Assembly (NCBI GenBank): GCA_040954595.2
Contig: CM082595.2
Span: forward strand, 8,228,317-8,292,316
Direction: 5' to 3'
Source of the DNA: Balanoglossus misakiensis
Taxonomy: Eukaryota; Animalia; Hemichordata
Length of the DNA: 64,000 nt
The notes beneath the pieces were generated by a model. It did no database searches. It saw only the letters and a program-made list of their open reading frames with translations, and was not told the DNA's origin. Of the stretch, positions 38,100 to 49,400 are shown piece after piece (positions within the stretch are counted from its first letter, which is position 1; each line of letters begins with the position of its first letter). The position numbers and the translations under genes are program-made.

Positions 38100-41000
38100 T
38101 TACTCTTCAGGGCAAAATGCATGTCTAAATGGCTGTCTGACAAATGGAACAATTTCCTTCTGTAACTCTCTCCATCTGGCTAAACTCATTCCTCCAGCAG
38201 GCAATACAGAGGGTTTTATATGTGGTGATGGAGGCCAAGTAGCATTTCTTTTGAGCAGATCTATACGGATTTCATCATCTGTGACTAATTTTCTAACATA
38301 TACAGCACCAGGATCATTCTTGGTGAATCTAAAATGATGATAAACACGAATTCCCTTCAATGGTTTGAGAAATGAAGAAAAAAATGAATCCCACTCAAAC
38401 CATTGAAAGTTGGGATCAGAATTCCGACTGCCATAACATTTCACATTGTTTATTCGTGAACTTTTTGACACAATGTCTGCCAGCTGCTGAACTGTGTCAA
38501 CATCACTTCTACGATACACTTGCCGAATCTTACCGAAACAAGCATCACAAATGCACTTTGTATGACCTGGTTCCAAGAAATGATAATTAATTTCGTCATG
38601 TTAACCAGTACTGGTACGGTAACAAAAATAATGAATGACAGTTTTGTTTTTATTCTGACCTCCACAGTTGTCAGCATGGCAATGACAACTCTTTTCACCC
38701 AATCCATGCTCCTCAAAATAATTGTGAAGCATGCTAACTACATTATTGGCACCATGGCACTTTCTGTTATCAATGCCAATGGTCTCAGACTCATCAAACA
38801 GATAATTCATTTGAGATTGTTGACTATCATTACATATACCAAAGCAATTTACACGTAGTGGATTCAGAAAATACAGTGGACTAACTTGACGAGACTGATG
38901 GGGCAGCAGAAAACTCTGTGCAAAATCAAATGTATAATGAACATTATGTAAATCATAAGAGCAAGGACTACATGGGGGCTGAACTTCAATGTCTCTGAGT
39001 TCATCCTGTGCCTTTCTAATGCACAAGTTCAGAAATTCTCTTTCATTTTGTGATTTCAAAATGTGTCCTGAGAATGCAATACTAGAGTTCAGTTTGTCTT
39101 CTTCTGTTGAGGCAAACTGAATTTCATTCCGGAAGTGTTCACATTTGGCACACACATCTGTACGAGGTTCCATTCGCTGAATGTGTGGTACACACAATTT
39201 CCAGATATTTCGGAAAGTTGTCTCCCCCACAGGCTGCTTGGTTGGCTGACAAACATTACAGGCCTCCACATACTTCTTATACATACCAGCCTTGGTGTCA
39301 CAGGATGGAAGATAAATTGGAGGCCTTCCATCTCTACCACAAGGAGCAGCTGGCATAGGCAGACCATTGTCATCTGCATATCTGACCAGGAACTGAACAG
39401 CATCTTGCACTGTCTGTTTGGAAAAAAGAATAGTTAAGTCACTCAAAATAAATTAGTGAACACTGAGAACACATATACAGGTTAGATAGCAAACCACCTA
39501 AAGGGACAAAGTCTCTCTCTCACTGCCCTTTTTTCCATTAATTATGTTTGATACAAGACACCATTTGTTATTCTACGTGTGGATATAGGGAATCAATGTT
39601 GACCAAACACAACTTCCATCCCACTTGAAGATGCGAGAGTGAAAAACTGGCCGAAATGAATAATCGGTCTCTACCATTTATTCATTTTGACAAGATTTTT
39701 ATTCTCATCCTGCAAAGTGGATGTTGTGTGTGGTCGAGCACTGATTCAATGTCGGAGGGTCCATGTGAAAGTCTCAGTGTCAATTGGGCATGCTCCAAAC
39801 TGTGGGTGAAAAATACTACTTCAAGATGGCCAGCATATGAAGCAGCTGTCAGGAGGAGGAGACAAGATATTGAGGGGCCCAGATACAGTATTACTGTATA
39901 CACATGATGACTGACTGTGACAATGAGGGCAACAGTGTATTTTTGATGACCTTGGGACTGAGGGCATAGGGAAAACAAGACTGTTTTAGTTGTGACTAGC
40001 AGTCCCGAGGTCATCAAAAATACACCGTTGCCCGAATATGTCAGTCATCATGTGTTTTATAACACACCAAACATGACACACACCACATCCAGGCAACAGT
40101 ACCAGGCAGAAACCGATCGAAATCATGCCCTAGGGAACAGTTCGAAATGACTAAGGTCACGTGACGGCGTATTGACGAATCACGATCGAGTGTTCGCTGC
40201 ATGGTGTGTTATAATAAATCCTGACGCCTTTGTTACGACTCAAGGCAACAATAAACCGAACCCTGTCTAATCTGGAAACCTGTCTGTACTGAGCACCTAT
40301 TCCTGTCCCTTTGACATAAAAGCACATGTTTGCGTGATAATAATAAACCATAAATATGAAATTTATTACCAAGTATAAGCACACTCTTATACACATTTAC
40401 ATGGTATAAGAATATACTTCTTAAAGATATTTGTTATGGCATGCAGAAATGTAATACTTACTTCAAATGAATAGGCATTGGCTGGTCGTTTTCCTCGACG
40501 ACCATGATCTCTGGGTACCACACCATGGATTTTGTAGTGGGCCTTTAAATTCTTGAACCTTTTCTCCCCTATAATTAGAGTTATAGGATGATAATACTAA
40601 CTAATACTATCCCAAGATTATGTCAAAACAATGACTTCTCTGTAGTTTAAATCTTCTCAAAATCGTTTGATACACATTTAAAAAGAAATTACTGTAAAGT
40701 TGTGTCTTCTCTTAAAAAATCAACATCAAGATTGTGGGGGCCAGGACACTTAGAAAACTCTTTGAGAAAAATCCCCAAGTAAACAAAGGTCATGTGAGGG
40801 AGGAAAAAGATGACATCATCATCCTTTATTGACTGTCACTGCTGCACTACGGTAAACTACGTGATGTGGGGAATCTATTAAAAATCAACAATCGGATGCA
40901 ATAATTCACCTAACAATCCACATTTCGAGTACTCATGCTCGCACAGGGTGTGATGAGGATATCACGACGTGTAAATAAATCATTGGTGCCAACGTAAAAA

Positions 41001-41586
41001 TACCCTGCCACTCACCCAAGTTGTGAATGTAACGCCAAACTTTTTCACACACGCGTTGACCATCAAAGACGTAATCAAAGGACTGTCGCGCACGTTTACC
41101 ACCACGGACAGGTTCTCCATGAACCTCACACTGTTCTAACTTTGCAAGGATGAGAACATCAAGATGGTCTTTCTGGAATTCTGACATGTTCAAACGGTAT
41201 TCCCACACCCTGTCCACAGCAAAGTTCGAGTAGCACTGGTGTTTACAAACACACCCAGTCCGCATTACGGCCTCCACCGATGGCTTATCCAAGGCGTCAC
41301 AGTCATTTCCTTCTTCGCGATCTTCTTGACCCATCTCTGGGTGTAACTGAGAGTACAGTCTCGCCAATTCGACTGAGTCTGCTTCAGGTACTGGCTCGTC
41401 TTCATCGCTATCGTCGTCGTCTCCCTGGTGGCAGTGATCGCGTACACTATCGGCTGAAACAGAACACTGGGAATTCTCCCTAGATTGCGGCGGACTAAAT
41501 GTTTCGACCAACTCGTCGTGGCGTTCTTCGAGCAAAGTCCGCAGCTCGGCATTTAATTGCGGGTCGAGAGGTACCGAGAATGCCAT
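38100..41586 (-). pseudogene. Sola2 transposase, three exons (~41586-41013, ~40570-40462, ~39416-38100), with a frameshift near 38590
   Basis: Motifs TFDFAQ, ADNCGGQNKN and GHTKCICDACFG. Cys-rich N-terminus GCVCKHQC. Confidence 0.85.
39499..39745. repeat. Dispersed MITE-like repeat, with other copies at ~48636-48900 and partially at ~25365-25490
   Basis: Shared AAAGGGACAAAGTCTCTCTC...CGAGAGTGAAAA...AATCGGTCTCTACCATTTATTCATTTTG. The 48636 copy starts at TTAA. Confidence 0.7.
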
Positions 41587-44049
41587 GATTTTACGCAACG
41601 GGAAACATCAGTAGCACAGCGATTTCTGACTCTGACCTCCTTAGCGCTGAGGTCACGTGTATATGAACTGAGCAAAATGGCGGGAATAAAATTAGATACA
41701 ATGTAAACGCTCTACGTGAGAAGTGTTTTTTGAGCTATAGAAATCGAATTCAGTGAAGAAATGACATAAATGTTCTGTGTTTCGTGATATACTTTGAATA
41801 TCTTTTGTCATTTTCTCGAAAAAGTTGGGCAATATACTGAACAAATCCATTTTCCTCCAGCGTGCAGGCGAATATTTGCATATGAAAAGCACACATAGAA
41901 CGTCACCTATTCAAATGCAAATTACTAAAAATGACGTACACTTGCATAAGGGCCCTTTTCCCTTGCGGCGACCCAAATATTAGTGATGATTTGCCTACTT
42001 TATATGCCAGCACAGTCATGGGGTGACTGTGATGATGGTCGACAGTTAATACATTTGGAAAAAAAATTGTCTTGACATGTCTTTATATGCTGCAGTCATG
42101 TCTGTAACTCCATGGTCAAACACTATATTGAAACAGTCTGAGAATCAATGTAAGTTGACCACACTAAAAGTAGGACTGATCACAAATAAATATAAAACTA
42201 GATAGTTTCAGCTATAAGAAAGTGTAAGCTTACATTTCGTTCTATACTTGTCCTTCAACGACCCCATATTTGCACTGCTGGTTACAGTGTCATAAGTCCG
42301 CGTCCGTACGCCAGCTGACAACAACCCGTGTAACAATCTGTTGGATAATGTTCATAGCATTTCAAAGTTACGACGCGAGAGCATAATACATTGACGTATT
42401 CTTGGTAAATAAAAGATGACAAAACAATATAAGTCCGTATCATACAATGTCACTGTATTTACACTTACCTGTAGTTGACGAGTAGTCTCCCGTTCGGTTA
42501 ATACGGCGAAGAATTCCAATTGAATCCATGATCTTCCTCGCACTTGAAACTGACCCTCCCCGCGTGGCCCATCATAGTCGTGCGCTTTGAGGCAAGAGTT
42601 CCTCGACATGCTCCGGAGTGTGATTCGACAGTTTTTACGAGGTTCTGGACAGAGAGGGTCGTTGTCAAATACATCTGGTCCGTTCTATTGGACACCTCTG
42701 GTACACTGGTTCGTGGAAAGCACCTTCTTCTGGTTCGTCACGCATACCACCATTGCCGTTCGTTTCGTGACTCGTCAGGAAGAAATCAAGTACCGTTGAC
42801 AACACGTCAAAATTTGTTGCCCTACCCTCCTTCATCAGAGTTCGAAGCTTTGAAATTTTACGTTGAATTGCTGTCTTATCTTCAGTAGTTGGGGCAACAA
42901 AATCAACATTTCCGCGGACAGTGTTATCCCGCACCCGACGTATGTGACGATCCCTGATTGCTTCCCTAGTCATGGAAGGACAAATCTCTGAACCCGGCAT
43001 GTTTAAAAAAAACTCGAAAAATTAAAAAAAATGTTGACTGAAAATCTAAAAATATATCAAATTGTAAATAAAGAAAAACTGCAAATGTTTAGTTTTTTTA
43101 ATTTTTTATTGGTATTTTAAAAATGTTTTCCTGTTTTTTTGGTTACTTTTTCATGAATATGCGAATTAGATATTACATATTCATGAGCACACACGCATTG
43201 CCGAGCTTAGTTGGTTTCCAAGGCTTCAGCCTCGTGGTTGCGTGGTTTCATGTGTGCATGGAGGTACTAGAGAGAAGGAGCGAGGACGGATTTTAAGCGG
43301 ATTAACTCCCTTTCTTCTGAAGTGTGATAAGCTTCTTAAGTCTTTGTGTTTCTGTGTTGAAAGCGTCCTTTGAACCCACTGTGCGTTACCGCCGATTTTA
43401 CAGTTAGGTTTGCAAGATCTACGGGGTAATATTTCTATGATATTAAAAACACAATGCGCACATCGCGGACGAGCGTACTACATATGCGTGGTGACTTTTA
43501 TTTACATCTAGGGGTGAAGTTTACGCATCACCACTACCGGAAACGTGTCAGGCGGACGTCTTGGAAGACTTGTGGCGTTATTTTTCTTCTTTGTACAACC
43601 AAAAAGCATGATTTTGAAATGTATATTTTGAGTTTTTCGCAAACTTCCGCAAAAAACAATAAGTTCTTAGGTTTTCTTTGAAAACCAATCTTCCTGATGC
43701 AAGTATTTTTGTTCGCGTGGGATGGTGTGGGATGCCCGATAGTCACCATTGTAATTGCTAGTGCAGAGACTTTCGGCACAGCAGTTTGGTCTGGTTGAAT
43801 ATGCTAAATGTAAATCATGGAGACACGCCGCCAGCTATAATTTGTTTATCTACGCAAGCGCACAGCTTTTATGAACGCCTATCAGGTGATAAAAGGATGA
43901 GATCCTAATGATATCTGCAAACAGATTAAGACGCACATGGGGTTTATAGGAAACAATAGCGTCCTCGCTCCTTCTATCTAGTACCTCCATAGTCTTGTTC
44001 TCACTAAAAGTTTTGACACCGGTGTAATGCCAGTGTTTACTCTCTGCAA

Positions 44050-44737
44050 ACACAGGGGATTAGTCCACAGAATCTCCGTGCGTCCACACACTAAACTTTT
44101 GGCCACTGTTTTGAAATAAACATCGTCTAAATGGCCATGTTTAGCAACACGGCAACTAACAAAATTGAGGACGTCGAGGACATTACAGCAACATGTTGCA
44201 GTTTCTATACCTGCATATGCGTTCTAGACGACTTTGTAACAGTTTTGATAATGTTTAGAAGTAAATGAATGTTAATCCATAAATGGAAAATGCCTCAGCT
44301 TTTCGGTGATCGAGAGAACCTTCCGAAAGTTGGTAGCAGACAGAAGTGTTGCAGACCATGCAAACTGCGAATGGTTTGAAAACCACTCACGTCACACAGG
44401 GGATTAGTCCACAGAATCTCCGTGCGTCCACACACTAAACTTTTGGCCACTGTTTTGAAATAAACATCGTCTAAATGGCCATGTTTAGCAACACGGCAAC
44501 TAACAAAATTGAGGACGTCGAGGACATTACAGCAACATGTTGCAGTTTCTATACCTGCATATGCGTTCTAGACGACTTTGTGACAGTTTTGATAATGTTT
44601 AGAAGTAAATGAATGTTAATCCATAAATGGAAAATGCCTCAGCTTTTCGGTGATCGAGAGAACCTTCCGAAAGTTGGTAGCAGACAGAAGTGTTGCAGAC
44701 CATGCAAACTGCGAATGGTTTGAAAACCACTCACGTC
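44050..44737. repeat. Near-perfect tandem duplication, 2 x 344 bp
   Basis: ACACAGGGGATTAGTCC...CCACTCACGTC at 44050-44393 and 44394-44737. Confidence 0.95.
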
Positions 44738-46449
44738 CAGTGTGATTGACTTAACAATGGAAACTGACCATAGACAATGGGCTATACCTAATAAACATAC
44801 CCAAAAGTCACTGCAGGGTGGCGCTTTTGAACGGTGTTTGTTTATCTTTGCGTTCTCACTGACTATTTGCGTCGGAGCGCTGGCCCAGCACTGGCCCTGA
44901 CCCGCCACCCATCGCCGTCGCAAATCAACACCGGCCCAACACCGGTGTAAAGCGTTCTCACTTGTTTTTTTCCGTCGGTGTCAAATCTACACCGCTGTAG
45001 CACCGGTGTAAACGTGCCAGTGAGAACGCCCTATATGATGTGTGGGCGGGCGTGGACCGAAACGGCGAGGTTTTGACGAAAATTCGGCAAAAAAATGTCA
45101 AAAATCTCCCCGTTTCGGTCCTTAAATGTGCCCAAAACTCATAACACATTCAGAAAACGACGTTTGCGAGCGAATGGACAGAAGTAAAATAGTCTATGGT
45201 ATTGTATCGCGACAGACATGTGCATCGTGTGGGCGGTACGCGGTACATCCGATTCATGTTGTTTTAGTCGATGCCTTCATTTCCTGCCAACGTAATCGTC
45301 GGTGTAAGACTGTTTTTTACGGTAAACTGTACAATGAAGGTAAGTTCTTATCAGCTATTTTCGGATTGCATGTGATGCGAGTTTCGTTCGGTACGTGCGA
45401 TCGATAGTATGGCATGCAGAGGACGGCCTAAGTATAATCTCATTCTGGGTCATAGCAGTGGTGTTTTCTGGCAATTTTTGTCTGACATTTTGCGGGCAAT
45501 TTTCTGATCGACACGGAAAAAGAGCCCGTAAAAAGGAAAAGTACAATTAGCCAGAAAACACCACAGCTGCAGCTATGGACCCATGCCACGCACAGTCTGA
45601 CTTGGGCGGGAAAAACTTGTTTGTAGCATTTTCCTGTGCAACTAGGCCATATGTTAATTACTTGTTTGTTAAGTCTTGTAACACTCCTTTGTCTCAATTT
45701 ATTGTGTAGCACACTGTTTCCAGTCTCCTTGTATTAACAAAGTGCAGGTGCAGGTGGTGTTTACAATGTGAGATTTGAACACTGCCAGGTTGGGGGTTGA
45801 AACCAAAGGGTCCCATTATTTTGGGAGAAGTGGTTCAACAACATTGTCAAGAAATGTGCATTTTTATGAGTGACAAATATAGATGATTGCCTTTCCATCA
45901 AAATTCAAAACTACAAAGTTATTGTTTATTAACATCAAGCAGAAAATTGAAAGTCTCAGCCACAGCTACAAGATTGGTTGTGGCCACAGCCTGAACACAG
46001 ACATACAAATGCCATGCATTTGGTACTACATTTTGGTAGCAAATGACAAGGAAAGAACATCTGATTTGGAAGTAAATTATACAATGCAAACATTTGGAAA
46101 AATTATTTACAGTAAATTAAACCACAACAAAATGAACTTAAATTCACCAAAGTTAACAATATCTTGTATATTTACTCTGCATCAGAAGTCACAAAAATCT
46201 CCATGTCATTAGAAAAATATGCCATATTTCTGAATGTACGTGTAGTGTACAAAATATGTCCACACTGAGTAATCAAATTGCATGCACATACAGCTGGAAA
46301 TACTTCACCTCTCAGTTATAATCAATATTCCAGCGTTTCAAAAAATGTGTTGCCATTTTTGTTTGTTTGTACAATTTCAATATACGTTTATTTCTCTTGT
46401 AATCTTCCAAATTTGGTGCACAACCCCAATGATTTATGCAATATTCTTG

Positions 46450-49400
46450 TTCCCACTCTTTGATTGACAGCTTGGCTATGCTGTATGATTTCATCAGCTT
46501 TGTTCCTACTTTCACCTTAGCTTCTATATATTCATTTATTAACTTCTTATCATTGGGAAGGGCCTTCAAAGAATTTCGTGATTTATCAAATTATTCGACT
46601 TCTTTTGTCTCTCCAAGGACAAATATCAGACTGTCCATCGTGGTTGAAGAAGTATCACTAACTTTACTCTGAGATTGATGACTCTTCATGTGTGGCTGTT
46701 ATCTTTGCTGTTGATTTGGCAACTTCTTTGATACTTGACTTGCCTGAATGCAAACAAGAAAACAACATTAAGGTTTAACAGCAATAATAATGAGTTTTTC
46801 TTAAAGTGATTTCCTTTTGGGCCACTTAAACTGACCTGGGGTTCCACAAGGTCAACATGAAATATTGAACACCTATTGCCTGGCCATGAGGGCCATAGCG
46901 GCCGTTTATTACACCCGAGGGGCTGTGAGTTACCAGAATCATATGCGGCCGAGGGAAATAGCATATGATTCTGGTAACTCACAGTCACGAGGGGGTAAAT
47001 TTAAAACGGCTGCTATGGCCCGAATATAGGCCAGGCTATAGGTGTTTTATAATAAACCTCATGCTAACAGCTGGGAAAATCTTGCAATTTTTTCTTGAGG
47101 CTGGCAGACGACATCTTCAGTGGTGGCCATTGTGTCAGACGACGCGACGCTGATTGACGTGACCGAGTCTGCGCACTCACGCGGGTCACGTGACCGGTTT
47201 ATATTTTTTCTGCTATTTCCCTAGCGGTTCATAGTCGATTCTATTTTCCTATCACGTGACGGATTCTGGCGAATCACGGCACAGTATTAGCATGAGGTAT
47301 ATTATAAATGTACATATATGTGGGTGTGTCATGTTTCATATCTTTTCCCGCTCACACACATTTATCTTTCCTTTCTAAAATAAAATTGAAATGACTATCT
47401 CCTGCACTGTGACATAACTATGTGCTTGGAATGTGGGCTTGCAGATTTATTTGGGGATGGTGGGGGGGGGGGAGGAAATAAGAATGAGTGGAACCTTGAA
47501 ATGAACAATCCCATACATGGTAACTTCACTATAGTAATAGTTACCTTCTTGAGTGCAGCAATTTTCCATACCATTGACTTCCATCCTTTCTGCTTCAACT
47601 GTCTCCTCAGTGTGCTCTGTTTCCAAATCACAGTCTGTCATGTTGATGTCTTCCCCTGTACTATGCTGTGTCTGTCTTGTATCTTCTATTGGTATACTGC
47701 AACGGGTCTCCTCAGCATTGCTACCATGTAATGTTATGTTCCTTTCAGGTACACTTGTCGGCTCGATGTCATTCATGTCCATGGTGATATCAGGGGCAAG
47801 TATATCATCTTCTACTGAGAGGATGTGTTCATGGGAACCAGGATCAATCAACAAGTCATGGTCATCATCATCTACACCAATTGGATGCTCTGGAATTTCC
47901 TCGGATTCTATAAGGTAGTATAAAATATTGACATTTTTTGTAGTGCTTGTATTATATAGTGTTATTTCAAAATTTATTACTGTTATAGACTAATCATAAT
48001 TCAAAAATAATTTCAAACGTTCATTTAACTAAGCCGTTCCAGCCAGTATTTATGTCACTCAATTTTGCTAAATCAGGCGAGAAGCAACACATTTCGCCCA
48101 TTAGATATACTTTCATTGAATTCATGTGGTATTGAAAGTTGAACATGGCTGGGTATATATAGGTCAATTAATTTTGACAGGCTGAAGTGAAAGAAATTCA
48201 TATTTTTGAAAGTAATGTTTCCCCCAAAATTATATGCATACAGATGAAGTCACTTATTTGGTTTGACTGTGATGTAATATGCTCTTACGTCTGCTATCAT
48301 CTTGAAAGCCTGTGACAGTGAGGCTACCACTTCTTTCACCATTGCTGTCATAGAGCTTTATCTTGTGGATTGGTAAAGCAATTGCTTCACTTCTTACTCT
48401 GTCCACACAATCTTACCAACACCTGTTGATATCACATTGTACCTTTTGCAGAGATTATGACCGGAAATGATGCAGATGAGGTCCTGGTTCCTATAGAAAT
48501 AAACAGGTAAGGAGATTGATCAAACATTCTTTATATAACAGTTTACACACAACACCAATGGCTAATGTAAGTACTATAATCTTGGACAATTTTTACAATA
48601 GAATTTTCCAAAATAAATAAGGATTTGCATGCTGTTAAAGGGACAAAGTCTCTCTCTCTCGCTGCCCTTTTCCCATTAATATTATGTTTCATTCAAGACA
48701 CTGTTTATGTTAATGTACATGTGGATATATACTGAATGAACATTCAACCACACACACCTTCCATCCCGCTTGTAGACACGAGAGTGAAAAACCTTGCCAA
48801 AATGAACAATCGGTCTCTACCATTTATTCATTTTGGGCGAGTTTTTACTCTCATATACAAGCATGGTGGAACTTGTGTGTGGTTGAACGTTCATTCACTA
48901 CATATACACATGTACATTAACATAAATGGTGTTTTGTATCAAACACAAAAAGAAAAAGGGCAGCGAGTGAAAGACCTTTTTAGAAAGCCATAAAACATGT
49001 GGGATATCCGAGAATAGTTCTATTATTTGTAAAAATGGAGGTTGCTCGTCACAAAAAATAACAGAACCTGCTTGACAGAAAAGTTCCATGAAAAAGACAG
49101 GGCATGTATAGATGTAATTTTTGATGCTTTGATACTATATTTTAGATTAGTTTTTCCTGTCCCAAAACACCATGCAATCTGTTGTATTATGTCTGCATAT
49201 AATCAACAGTAATTGTTATTGAAAAGAAATAAAAGTGTGAGTTAAAATATTTGGGACTAAATTGCACTGCAGATACCTTGAAATCATCCTGGGTATCAGA
49301 GTTAAAAACTCTATTGCTTCCTCATGTCTCTGCCACAATGCACCTTCTCCTGGCAGCAAGAAATCTGCAATCCTTTCATAGTGGCTTTGCAGTAGTGTTG

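Larger units (their letters stand above)
37436..41974 (-). mobile_element. Sola2-type DNA transposon
   Basis: 32-bp TIRs GGG(C/T)CGCCGCAAGGGAAAAGGGCCCTTATGCA at 37436-37467 and 41943-41974. 4-bp TSD AAAT. Confidence 0.9.
33131..43000 (-). pseudogene. Decayed multi-exon DDE transposase (Kolobok/MULE-like), ~10 exons, interrupted by Sola2
   Basis: Exon peptides read on the minus strand, mostly with GT-AG borders: WNSSPYLPNGRLLVNYR (~42500), LLHGLLSAG (~42320), SDARHGT*KNA (~37160), DDPCSQRHE (~36800), HDNNASVNK...NDTWH (~36500), WHPELADK (~36120), KTHCYWAM (~35870), HAGCDPKSRC (~35540), DTHYVESFNN (~33470), RVLTEKTSRWRTNVW (~33190). Confidence 0.7.
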
